Of a stretch of DNA of 64,000 nucleotides, positions 1 to 9,237 are shown piece by piece. Both the position numbers and the translations under genes were made by a program. The notes beneath the pieces were generated by a model. The model saw only the letters and a list, made by a program, of their open reading frames with translations, was not told the origin of the DNA and ran no database searches. Position 1 is the first letter of the stretch. Every line of letters begins with the position of its first letter. The stretch comes from Armatimonadota bacterium (GTDB lineage: Bacteria > Armatimonadota > HRBIN16): NCBI GenBank assembly GCA_963677485.1, contig OY781964.1, positions 2,336,001 through 2,400,000 of the forward strand, read 5' to 3'.

Positions 1-1
1 T

Positions 2-505
2 ATGCGGACATTACTCTACTGTGGATCGAGCACTGTGGTGAAGATGGTCAACGGTAAGTCGAAAAAGCTTGGCCAGAGCATGCACGACTTCGTGAAGGAA
101 CTGCAGCATCCGAATTTGGTAAAGAATCCCAATAAGAAACCGAAGTCCAAGCGAGTTGTCCGGTGCGCAATCATGCGCAAGCAGCTGGTGCTCATGTGGT
201 CGGTATTAATCAGCCGTCAGCCATATGATCCAAACTTCGGCATCGAACAAGCTTCAAATGCGGCCAACCAGCAACCGCTGACCGACGCGAACGGACATGT
301 CCAGGATCGTGCCGGAGCGGCCCATGATATAGCCGGTGTAGGCAATGATCCTGGGCTGGACGTGAGCGTTCCAAGACGGGGATGCGTGGATGGAAATCCC
401 ACCAATGAGCCCACTCCTGCCGGCGGTGGTCGGCCCGCATCCCGAAACCGGCCATCGCGCAGTCGGGTGGGCAACAAACCGAGGGTTCTGACACCAGTAT
501 CCTAG
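2..505 (+). CDS. IS110-family transposase/recombinase, C-terminal fragment (5'-truncated) with low-complexity tail
   Basis: RTLLY...K-SKRVVRCAIMRKQLVLMWSVLISRQPYDP fits the IS110 C-terminal pattern (R..LY ... K.KK.A..A..RKL....W..L.....YDP). Confidence 0.8.
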   Translation: MRTLLYCGSSTVVKMVNGKSKKLGQSMHDFVKELQHPNLVKNPNKKPKSKRVVRCAIMRKQLVLMWSVLISRQPYDPNFGIEQASNAANQQPLTDANGHVQDRAGAAHDIAGVGNDPGLDVSVPRRGCVDGNPTNEPTPAGGGRPASRNRPSRSRVGNKPRVLTPVS

Positions 506-757
506 CTGCGGCAGTCTGCCGATAGCACGCATCGAAGCATAACGATATCTTTCGAAGCCACGAAGATGTCGCACGTCCGTTCGCGACTCCGAGCGTCATG
601 TGAGGTGCTACGGACCAACTGATGCCATCTGAGCCTGTTTCTGTCGCGGATCCAGGTTTGGTCTATATGCCACAAACATCACATTAACGTTATTCTACGT
701 GGTCTAGAGCCAGTGTCTGATATTCAGGTCCAAATCCCCAGATTTGCCCCTGGGGAC

Positions 758-778
758 TTGACAAAAGCCACAGTATCT
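758..778 (+). promoter_or_regulatory. -35 half of IS110 circle-junction promoter
   Basis: Perfect TTGACA ending 15 nt before the end of the CT core; a 17-nt spacer would put the -10 box just inside the left end after circularisation, as in IS621. Confidence 0.65.
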
Positions 779-915
779 ATGTGGCCCCATGCGGGCTGCA
801 ACGCACTGTATCCCGCGTATCCCCCCAATCTATGCAGGAAACACGGCCTTGCATAGGGAACACTAACCACAACAACACGCCCCATCGGGGTGTGAAACGA
901 GGGGGATGCACATAG

Positions 916-3876
916 ATGCAACCGATCAGTCCGATTATCTGTATGATCACGATGCTGTTTATGGCGATACTAGCCATCGTCACCAGCAAACCCGCAAACG
1001 CCGCAGAAGGCGGCGTGCCTGAGAACTTGTACAAGGGTGAGCTGATCAGCTACCCGGGTGCTTATGCATTTGAGCTGCCAAGAGCCGGCATCATTCTGGT
1101 AAGAGATGCAGACCTTGATGCTCTGCAGGACCCCGACACGGTGGTTGACCTCTCCACCACATTCGACAAATACGACCGCAGCCTGCGCCAAATCTGCGAA
1201 GAAGCGCAGAAGCGAGGCTGCCGCACCCTCATCGTCGCCTACGACCACTTCTTTGAACAATATCGGCCTGGGCAGCACGCCCCGCGTAAATACACCTCAG
1301 ACAGCGATGAGTTCATCACCCGCATCGCCAAGATCGGCGCCTTCGCCCAGAACTACGGGCTGGGGCTTGAGCTCAGCGTGATCAGCCCGCTGGAGCTGGG
1401 TGTGGTGTTTGCTGAGAAGACCGGCCAAAGCGGCAAGTGGGTCCACTACCGCGAAGGCAGCCGCGACCCCTCCACAGGCAACTACAACGTGGCTTTCTGG
1501 CGTCAGAAGGAGTGGACCAACAACAAAGGCATCATCGACATCGTGCCCGATGGCGTCCGCGTGCTGGCTTTCCGGGAAACGGACAAGGAAGGATCCCAGG
1601 ATGTCAATCCTGATGAGATCATCGACATCACCGAGACCTGCAAAGTGGACGAATCCGCCGGCGTGACCAAACAGGGGGCCGGCATCCCCGTGCAGCGCAT
1701 CATCGTCTCCGGCACGGGCCGCACCGACCTGAAAGATTACAACCGCGTGATGGTGATCCAGCGCTACAAAACACCCGAAATGGACTACTTCAGCCCCGAG
1801 GCGTTGAAGTTTATGAAGCAGATCATCGACAAGTACGCCGCCGCCGGTGTCAAACTCAACGCACTTTACAGCGACGAGATGCACATCCAGCAGGACTGGT
1901 CGTATTTTGCGCACCATGACAACGGCGAGTTCGCGCTGCGATACCTCACCGACAACATGGCCGCCCGATATGCGGAGCTGTATGGCGACAAATACCGCGA
2001 TATGGAAAAGATGATGGTCTACATGGCCTCCGGTCAGCACGACATGTCCGTCGGCACCTGGGCGAAGGACACCGACGGCCACGTGTTTGATAAGTCCGCG
2101 GCTGGTGTGGCGGAGACGGCGCTTTTCCGCTCCCGTTACTTCAAGCTGCTTCAGGACCAGGTGACGGATATCTTCGCCGCGGCAAAACACTACGCCGAGG
2201 AGAAGATGGGCCATACCCTGGAATCAAGGGCGCATGCTACTTGGGCAGAGAGCCCCACAATCGACTACGTGGCCAACAAGGGCACGCTGTATGAATACAC
2301 CGACAGCTTCACCTGGAGCTGCACGGTGCATCAAGCCGCGGCGGCCTGCGCCGACTACTTCAAGTGGGGCGATTACCTCACCGGCAACGGCAACGACACC
2401 GCGGAGTGCGGCTTCCTCGACCGCAACTACTGGGGGCTGTCGCTGGCCTGCTCTCTTGGCAGCATCAACGATGTCTCCTGCGCCTATGCCGCGCACTGGG
2501 GCATGCCGGGTGCGGTGCATCAGCGCCGGACGATGCTGGCGGATGCCGTCGGTGCCACGGGGCACTCGCTTTATGGTTCCATACAGGATATGCAGCACCG
2601 AAAGATCGACGTGCTGACGCTGTATCCCATCAACTTGCACGCCTGGGATGAGCGGTTTGGCAGTTGGATGACCCAGTATGCCTATACTAACTACATCACC
2701 CAGCAGAAGCTGCTCGAGTTGGCCAAATGGACGGCGGGCACAGTGGAGGTCCGCGGCTACAAATACACCACCCTTTGCGTGCATTTTGAGCCATTCCCCA
2801 CCAAGAAGCTGCTTCAGCAGATGTCCCGCTTCGTGGATACCGGCGGTAAGCTGGTTTGGAGCGGCCCGATCCCTATTTTGACAGCCGAAGGCGACTCCGC
2901 TCTGCCATACTGGCAAAGCCTGTTCGGCGTGACGGTCGATGAGAAGACCGTTCTGGGCGACATCGCCTGCGGACGGCGCGTCAGCTTCGAGGGCACCCTC
3001 GCCGGGCTGCAGGAGATGACCATCCTGACCGACAAAGTGGTGGACCGCATCTACAGCGTAGCCCCTCGCCCCGGCACTCAAGTAGTGGCCAAGCTGATGG
3101 GCAAAACCATCGGAACATACAAGGCAGGCAAGAACGGTGGAATGGCGATCTTCCTGGGTTTCCGCCCGCGAGACGACCAGGCCGCCAGCCTTGGCTACGA
3201 AACCCGCGTCTGGTTTGATGTGCTGAACCGGATCAACGCCTACCCCTCAACCGGTAAGTATGCCGGGATCAATGACAACCCGGAATACGTAAGCCGGAAC
3301 AGCGAATACTTCGCCAACCGCTTCCCGAACGGCGCGGTGATGATCGTGCCGCACCTGAAGGACCTGGTGGAAGACTGGGATGCTAACTTCGCGCGTGATG
3401 CCAAGAAGGATGCCGAGATCATGAAGGGGCTGGACATGCCCTCCGCCGAGATGAAGTTCAAGGACTACCATGTGGATGGTCACGTCATCAACGGAACAGT
3501 CAGCGACGGTCTGTGCTTCAAGCTGGGGCAGGACGGTCAGTTGGTGGCCATCTCAGCCGGTATGATCAGCGAGCTCAGCATCGACGGACGCAAGTGGAAG
3601 CTGACCGAGAAGCCGGTGGAGCAGATCGCCTTCACCATGGTGTCCAAGGAACGCAAGGTGCCATCCGGTGCGGTGAGCATGCTGCGCATACAGGCAGCCG
3701 AGGGAGCGACCGCCACTATTCCGGCCTCGTTGGTGCCAGAGGGGGCCAAACTCTACGCTCAAGGCGCGCAACCCGGCAGCAAGGGCGATGAGATCGCCTA
3801 CAGCCGCAAGGGCAGCACCGTGGTCGTGAAGATGGACGCCAAGTACAGCCGCCGTTGGCTGTATTTCGTGAAGTAG
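916..3876 (+). CDS. Large secreted hypothetical protein, probably glycoside hydrolase-like
   Basis: 986 aa; signal peptide (..PANA-AE); LYSDEMH strand-end acidic motif; mid/C-terminal region resembles a GH42-type trimerisation-like domain (FVDTGGKLVW). Family not resolved. Confidence 0.55.
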   Translation: MQPISPIICMITMLFMAILAIVTSKPANAAEGGVPENLYKGELISYPGAYAFELPRAGIILVRDADLDALQDPDTVVDLSTTFDKYDRSLRQICEEAQKRGCRTLIVAYDHFFEQYRPGQHAPRKYTSDSDEFITRIAKIGAFAQNYGLGLELSVISPLELGVVFAEKTGQSGKWVHYREGSRDPSTGNYNVAFWRQKEWTNNKGIIDIVPDGVRVLAFRETDKEGSQDVNPDEIIDITETCKVDESAGVTKQGAGIPVQRIIVSGTGRTDLKDYNRVMVIQRYKTPEMDYFSPEALKFMKQIIDKYAAAGVKLNALYSDEMHIQQDWSYFAHHDNGEFALRYLTDNMAARYAELYGDKYRDMEKMMVYMASGQHDMSVGTWAKDTDGHVFDKSAAGVAETALFRSRYFKLLQDQVTDIFAAAKHYAEEKMGHTLESRAHATWAESPTIDYVANKGTLYEYTDSFTWSCTVHQAAAACADYFKWGDYLTGNGNDTAECGFLDRNYWGLSLACSLGSINDVSCAYAAHWGMPGAVHQRRTMLADAVGATGHSLYGSIQDMQHRKIDVLTLYPINLHAWDERFGSWMTQYAYTNYITQQKLLELAKWTAGTVEVRGYKYTTLCVHFEPFPTKKLLQQMSRFVDTGGKLVWSGPIPILTAEGDSALPYWQSLFGVTVDEKTVLGDIACGRRVSFEGTLAGLQEMTILTDKVVDRIYSVAPRPGTQVVAKLMGKTIGTYKAGKNGGMAIFLGFRPRDDQAASLGYETRVWFDVLNRINAYPSTGKYAGINDNPEYVSRNSEYFANRFPNGAVMIVPHLKDLVEDWDANFARDAKKDAEIMKGLDMPSAEMKFKDYHVDGHVINGTVSDGLCFKLGQDGQLVAISAGMISELSIDGRKWKLTEKPVEQIAFTMVSKERKVPSGAVSMLRIQAAEGATATIPASLVPEGAKLYAQGAQPGSKGDEIAYSRKGSTVVVKMDAKYSRRWLYFVK

Positions 3877-3890
3877 GAAATCGATCCGAA

Positions 3891-4550
3891 ATGCCTAAGA
3901 CCGGGGCGGTGTGGGAATGTCGCTCCGGTCTTAGGCATTAACCACGAATGGTCACGAATGGCTTGAATGCATCCACCGGTTACGCTGATACCGCAGATTA
4001 TGCGATCTGGAGTGGCTATGTCCGGGGCGGTCTGACAGTACGCTAGCGGCTGCAGAAGGCTCAAGACCGCGCCGGTCTGGCGGATAGCCCGAAGTCAATC
4101 GTCACGCCTTGAAAAAGACCGGCGCGGTTAGGGGAAAACCGCCCCGGACTTTGGCAATCCAGACCGGTTGGGGAACATCCCGCCGGTTTTTCTTTATGAA
4201 CCACGAATGGACACGAATAGACACGAATGGCTTGAATGCATCCACCGGTTACGCCGATACCACAAATCAAGTTTGGCTGGTGCGGTCTGGAATGGCTATG
4301 TCCGGGGCGGTCTGACGGTACGCTATCGGCTACAGAAGGCTCAAGACCGCGCCGGTCTGGCGGATAGCCCGAAACCAATCGTCACGCCTCGAACAAGACC
4401 GGCGCGGTTAGGGAAAACCGCCCCGGACATAGGCAATCAAGACCGGCGCGGTTAGGGGAAAACCGCCCCGGACTTTGGCAATCAAGACCGGCGCGGTTAG
4501 GGAAAACCGCCCCGGACATTGGCAATCAAAACCGCCCCGGACGGTGGCAA
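3891..4550. repeat. Mosaic REP/MITE cluster (family A plus 9-10-mer ACACGAAT repeats); contains a ~280-bp tandem duplication
   Basis: Family A: ggctatgtccggggcggtctg...agaccgcgccggtct...aagaccggcgcggttagggaaaaccgccccggac, at about 4014-4157 and 4294-4550. The lead-in cacgaatggcttgaatgcatccaccggttacg occurs twice. Confidence 0.9.
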
Positions 4551-4576
4551 AATAGACCCGCGCAGCCGAAAAGCGG

Positions 4577-6142
4577 TTACTCGCCTAGCAGACGCTGCAG
4601 CTCTGCGGTGTATTCGCGCACGATCAGCTCGATGCGCTGGGGGTTGGCGGGCATGCGGTTGTTGCCATACTGGCGCTCTACGTCGGGGGCCATGCGCAGC
4701 AGTAGTTGGAGGCTTTTATGCGCTTTCAACCCAATCACGGTGCGTTCCTCCACGGAACTGCCATTGGCGAGCATGTTGCGCAACTGAACGATGCGTAAAA
4801 GGGCGATCTGCTGCAGTTCCGCTACATCCGCACTCGTCTTCATCAACTCAAACTGCTGCTTCAACAGGGCCGCGTTTTCGGCGGAAAGACATGGTCCCAG
4901 GGCCGTCAACTCATCAACGCTTCGTCGGCACAGTTCCCTTGCCAGCTCCTTTTCGGAGTGGAGTTCGAGGATGATGTCGTCATTGGGGTTTTGAAGCCGT
5001 TGGTACTGGTAGATCAAATGTGGGCTGGAGACCCAGCCTGCCATCGCAAAGGAGATGTCGCTGATATGCGCGGTACCGTGTGCGAGTGAACTGAGCTGAG
5101 AGTGTTCTGTCAGCCAGTGGTTCAGCGGGAACATGATGCGGTTCACGATGTCGAAACTGCGAGCCAGAATACGCGCGACCTCTGCGCCGGCTTCCGTGCC
5201 AAAACGCTCGATGCACCAGTTTTGATATAACTGCTCCGCCGTGCTGTCTGTGCCTTGCACCATCTGGTTATAGACCGAAATGTTGGCTTCGTTCAGGGTG
5301 CCGAATGCGTGCGATGAGTACCGTTCCACTCTCGCCACCATGCCGATGACCGCTTGCTGTTCACAATACTCCAGCGTATTCCCGATGGTGTGGTGCATCA
5401 TATATGGCATGGTGCTGCGCCCGGTGAACTCGTTACCCAGGTCCATCTCCACTACCATCTTCATGCCGTTGCAGTTGCCGATGAAGGGGTGGAATGGGAA
5501 ATAGGGGTGCCAGTCATACGGCACGTATTTTTCCATCACAAACAGGTTTTGCCTGTTGCCCAGACGTTTGGCGATGATCGCTAAGGCGCGCTCCATCATA
5601 CGCAGCTCGTCGGGCCCCCAAACAAAGGGCCTAAGGAAAAGGGGCCGCCGTTTACGTTCGCAAACGTTGCTGATGGCTTCAGTGATACGGGCCACACGTT
5701 CTACAGGCGGTAGTTCGGAGATGACGCCTTCGTCTTGGTAAAGACTCACTTCGGATTCGGCAAAAGTCAGCACGATACCGTCTAGTTCAGGCAAGACACC
5801 GAAAAGGCGATCATATTTCCGCTCAATGTAACGCTGAAGCTCAGGAACAAACTTGACTTTGCCACCCACGGTGAACTGCTCCGGCACACGGCAGAGTTCG
5901 TGTGTCCAGATGTCTACCTTCAGACCATGCTGGTGCGCCAGTGCTATGCAGTCACTCACCAGTTGCCGCTTGGCCTCCGCGCCGGGTTCGTCCAGCAGTT
6001 CGTCGGCGCGCATGATGATGCCATGAGAGAGTTGAATTCGGTTCATGCCGCTTTGGGCTGCCAGAGGGATCGCCGTTTGCAAATAGCCCCAGTCAGAATC
6101 CTGGAACTGCCAGGCTCTCATCTCCATGGTGCTGTTACTCAT
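4577..6142 (-). CDS. Hypothetical protein, probable TIM-barrel glycoside hydrolase-like
   Basis: 521 aa; GGAGG RBS upstream; GMNRIQL, HGLKVDIWTHE and PELDGIVLTFAE resemble barrel strands. No family assignable. Confidence 0.5.
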   Translation of the reverse strand: MSNSTMEMRAWQFQDSDWGYLQTAIPLAAQSGMNRIQLSHGIIMRADELLDEPGAEAKRQLVSDCIALAHQHGLKVDIWTHELCRVPEQFTVGGKVKFVPELQRYIERKYDRLFGVLPELDGIVLTFAESEVSLYQDEGVISELPPVERVARITEAISNVCERKRRPLFLRPFVWGPDELRMMERALAIIAKRLGNRQNLFVMEKYVPYDWHPYFPFHPFIGNCNGMKMVVEMDLGNEFTGRSTMPYMMHHTIGNTLEYCEQQAVIGMVARVERYSSHAFGTLNEANISVYNQMVQGTDSTAEQLYQNWCIERFGTEAGAEVARILARSFDIVNRIMFPLNHWLTEHSQLSSLAHGTAHISDISFAMAGWVSSPHLIYQYQRLQNPNDDIILELHSEKELARELCRRSVDELTALGPCLSAENAALLKQQFELMKTSADVAELQQIALLRIVQLRNMLANGSSVEERTVIGLKAHKSLQLLLRMAPDVERQYGNNRMPANPQRIELIVREYTAELQRLLGE

Positions 6143-6292
6143 TGTCGCCTCCGCGCGTTTGCCATCTGAAGGTATTTTACGGCTATCTGGCCGGTGTGTG
6201 CCATCTGTGTGAACGATGGAACTAGTTGGTAGTTCCGACAGTCTAATTTCCTGTGGTTAACTGATTATCGCGTGCACGATATCCGTTATCAT

Positions 6293-6328
6293 AAAAGCCC
6301 CGTCAGAACTGGTGATTCTGACGGGGCT
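6293..6328 (-). terminator. Intrinsic terminator of tRNA operon
   Basis: Stem agccccgtcagaa/ttctgacggggct with a U-run on the minus strand. Confidence 0.8.
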
Positions 6329-6347
6329 AATGATTGCAAAAAGGAAA

Positions 6348-6423
6348 TGGAGCGGGAGACGGGGCTCGAACCCGCGACCTTCTGCATGGCAAGCAGATGC
6401 TCTACCAACTGAGCTACTCCCGC
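6348..6423 (-). tRNA. tRNA-Gly(GCC)
   Basis: GCGGGAGTAGCTCAGTTGGTAGAGC...TT-GCC-AT...GGTTCGAGCCC...CGCTCCA; 76 nt with encoded CCA. Confidence 0.98.
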
Positions 6424-6457
6424 CCGCGTGGGCGGCTTCGTATTCGGAACGTCAAAA

Positions 6458-6533
6458 TGGAGCGGGAGACGGGGCTCGAACCCGCGACCTTCTGCATGGC
6501 AAGCAGATGCTCTACCAACTGAGCTACTCCCGC
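6458..6533 (-). tRNA. tRNA-Gly(GCC), identical second copy
   Basis: Identical to 6348-6423. Confidence 0.98.
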
Positions 6534-6546
6534 CCGACGGACTATA

Positions 6547-6631
6547 TGGTGGGCGAGAGGAGACTTGAACTCCTACGCCTTGCGGCACTAGATCCTAAAT
6601 CTAGCGTGTATACCAATTTCACCACTCGCCC
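6547..6631 (-). tRNA. tRNA-Leu(TAG)
   Basis: GGGCGAGTGGTGAAATTGG...CTAGA-TT-TAG-GA-TCTAG, variable arm GCC-GCAA-GGC, ends CCA; 85 nt. Confidence 0.97.
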
Positions 6632-6651
6632 AAAGCCGAACAGCATGAAAT

Positions 6652-6680
6652 AGTATACGAAGGCTAGCCGAAAAAGTCAA
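6652..6680 (-). promoter_or_regulatory. Sigma70 promoter of tRNA operon
   Basis: TTGACT-N17-TATACT on the minus strand, 20 nt upstream of tRNA-Leu. Confidence 0.85.
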
Positions 6681-6771
6681 GTGCCCGCCTTCCTTCTCAA
6701 TCTACACCCCATAAATTCCGTACTAATAAGGTGATGAGTGGGGTACAGTAATGAAGTAATATGGTCTACTC

Positions 6772-7518
6772 ATGGAAGAGTTCATTACACGCACGGAAAG
6801 GCGGTCCACTATGCGAAGCACAGACTACTCGGATCTCGTTGACAAACAGATGATGGAAGCGATCCTCCGCAGCCGGATTGAAGAGGCGGGTTCGTCAGAA
6901 GAACACAAAGAAGTTGAGAAAGCGGTGATCACATTTTCGCGGGAGAGCTGGGCGCTAGGCGATGAGGTGCTTCAACTTTTAATGACAATGCTGCCCGCGA
7001 CATGGAAATACTGGGACAAAGAGATACTCAACTGGATAGCGGTGCATGCTGGCGAAAAAGTCAGCGATGTCTCTCGGATAGACGACGCTCACGATTCGCA
7101 GATTTCATCGACCATGCGTCATCTCATGGGGATCGGAGACATGGAGCCGCTGAAATACAAAAAATACCTCATGCGTGCGATTCGAGTGATTGCCAAAGAG
7201 GGAAAATCTGTGATCGTAGGCCGCGGTGCCAACCTCGTCTTGCCTCTTTCGCTGAATGTGAGGATCGTCAGTCAGTATGAGAACCGCGTCCAACGTTGTG
7301 TCAGTGGGAGCGGAATCACTGAGAAAGAGGCGCGAAAGCAGATTTCTGAGAAAGACAAGTTACGGGAATGCTTTATCCACCGGATTTACAATCGCGATAT
7401 TCATGATGTGAACACCTACGATGTGTTATTCTGCACCGACCACCTGGCCCCAGAGCAGGTTGCCAGGAGCATCTATGAACTGGCAGTTCAACTGTGGGAA
7501 AGCAAGCATCTGTTATAA
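6772..7518 (+). CDS. Cytidylate kinase-like family protein (alternative start 6811)
   Basis: VITFSRE, WDKEIL, VIVGRGAN, DK.R..F and YDVLFCTD match the Cytidylate_kin2 pattern; the P-loop is degenerate. Confidence 0.85.
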   Translation: MEEFITRTERRSTMRSTDYSDLVDKQMMEAILRSRIEEAGSSEEHKEVEKAVITFSRESWALGDEVLQLLMTMLPATWKYWDKEILNWIAVHAGEKVSDVSRIDDAHDSQISSTMRHLMGIGDMEPLKYKKYLMRAIRVIAKEGKSVIVGRGANLVLPLSLNVRIVSQYENRVQRCVSGSGITEKEARKQISEKDKLRECFIHRIYNRDIHDVNTYDVLFCTDHLAPEQVARSIYELAVQLWESKHLL

Positions 7519-7759
7519 AGGCATTTCGGATACGGCGTAATACACAACAGCCGCACTCCAAGTTGCATGACACTGAAGTCAACCACACCTACCTCCGCCA
7601 AGGGGTAGGCGTGGCGTTTTTGGTTTTTGTAGCTCGCCCATCGCTACCCTTTCCCAGCCGGTATCCCGCACGAAACCAAGTCCACATGCGTGTTGAATTC
7701 GATTTATTACTCTTTTCTTGCTATCCGACCGACTCCAGTTCATCTTAGCCAGATATTAC

Positions 7760-7810
7760 TTGACATATGCTCAGCGAGTGGGCAATCATTAAACGAGTAC
7801 TCACTGAGTA
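7760..7810 (+). promoter_or_regulatory. Putative promoter/operator of efflux operon
   Basis: TTGACA at 7760-7765 and inverted repeat ctcagcgagt (7770-7779) / actcactgag (7799-7808) flanking the expected -10 region. Confidence 0.45.
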
Positions 7811-7918
7811 AGGGCTCATTTTTGAGCCAGTACAGAGGCCGTTGGTCACAGAACGCTAGACCTAAAACATCAAGATGATAACCATACATTTCAACCTGCA
7901 TAGAGGGGAACGAAATAG

Positions 7919-9226
7919 ATGACCATAAAATACATGCTGGGCTTTGTGATGATTTCGGCTATGGCATTGCCAATGGCTGTATTGGCACAACAGCCCGAAA
8001 TGCTGAACTTGCAGCAAGGTATAGAGACGGCACTCAAGAACAACAGGACGATCAGGAAAATCTACCTTCTAGATCAAAAAGCCCAAATCAATGACAAAGG
8101 TGCTAAGAACGCCTATTTGCCCACGCTGGGTGTGAGCGGTAACTATACGCTGTTGGATAAGGCGGGCACGGTTGATGTGAATGGTGATACCATCACGACC
8201 AGCCCGAAAGACAACATCACCGCTGGAGCGACCTGGACGGTGCCTATAGACATCAGTGGCATGATCCGCAATGGGGTGCTGGTGGCCAAAAGCAACAGCC
8301 TGGCGGCGCGGTTATCGCTGCAGATGGAGCAAAACAACCTGGTGCTGACGGTGCGTGAGGCCTACTTCCAGATATTGCGAAACAAGGCCAGCCTGGCGGT
8401 CGCAGATGAGGCTGTCAAGAACGCAAAGGACCGTCTGCGGACGGCGCAGGCTCTGGTGGATGCCGGTGTGAGCCCTCGGCTGGATATCAGCCGTGCGGAA
8501 GCAGCCGTGGCCGCGGCAGAGCAAGTGCGCATCAGTGCTGAAAACGGGTTGGAGATAAGCAAGGCATCGCTAAACAGCACTTTAGGGCGTGATGTCAACA
8601 CAGTGTATGATGTGCAGCCTGTTGAAGATGCGGTATTGCCTACTGCTGGCTACGACGCGGCTGTGGCGGAGGCACTAGTGGCAAGGCCGGAAATGGCCTT
8701 GTCGGATGTCAACATTGAATTGGCGAAGCGAGGAATCCTCTATGCTCGCAGAGGCAGTATGCCCACACTGGGTGTGAGCGGCAGTTGGCAGCTCAACCTC
8801 ACACCAAGTGCGTTTGCCAATAGAGACATCCAGTATGCCACCACCGCCTCTATGTCATTACCTGTGTTTGATGCCCATGCGACACGAGATGCCGTCAAAC
8901 AAGCGAAGTTGAGCGTTGATGAGGCAGACATCAATAAGCAAGATATGGAAGAAGCCGTCAAGCTCGAGGTCCGCCAGGTGACGCTGCTGATTAAGGAGGC
9001 ATCGGAAAAGGTGACCTCCGCAAACAAGGGAGCCGAACAAGCTGGAGAGGCGTTAAGGGTTTCGCGCGTGCGGTATGAAGAGGGTGTGGCGGACCAGATC
9101 GAGCTGAGTGACTCAGAGTTGATGTATACACAGGCGCAGTTGAACCTGGTCAATGCGAGGTTCGATCTGCTGACTGCCGTTTCGAGGTTTGACCGCGCGC
9201 TTGGCAAATACGCCATAACGGAATAG
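7919..9226 (+). CDS. TolC-family outer membrane efflux protein
   Basis: Signal peptide; two OEP repeats (ALKNN..YLPTL; RPE..MPTL; RYEEG); first gene of a tripartite operon. Confidence 0.93.
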   Translation: MTIKYMLGFVMISAMALPMAVLAQQPEMLNLQQGIETALKNNRTIRKIYLLDQKAQINDKGAKNAYLPTLGVSGNYTLLDKAGTVDVNGDTITTSPKDNITAGATWTVPIDISGMIRNGVLVAKSNSLAARLSLQMEQNNLVLTVREAYFQILRNKASLAVADEAVKNAKDRLRTAQALVDAGVSPRLDISRAEAAVAAAEQVRISAENGLEISKASLNSTLGRDVNTVYDVQPVEDAVLPTAGYDAAVAEALVARPEMALSDVNIELAKRGILYARRGSMPTLGVSGSWQLNLTPSAFANRDIQYATTASMSLPVFDAHATRDAVKQAKLSVDEADINKQDMEEAVKLEVRQVTLLIKEASEKVTSANKGAEQAGEALRVSRVRYEEGVADQIELSDSELMYTQAQLNLVNARFDLLTAVSRFDRALGKYAITE

Positions 9227-9237
9227 GGAGAGACTAC

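Larger units (their letters stand above)
1..778 (+). mobile_element. IS110-family element, 3' part (left end outside window)
   Basis: Transposase C-terminus at 2-240. The element appears to end at ACAGTATCT (770-778), the IS621-type donor left half with CT core, preceded by TTGACA (758-763) and hairpin ccccag..ctgggg (736-755). Confidence 0.8.

Noticed and set aside
6348-6631. tRNA used as integration site for an island
   Set aside because: No displaced tRNA 3' fragment or integrase seen; the two Gly genes are complete tandem copies.
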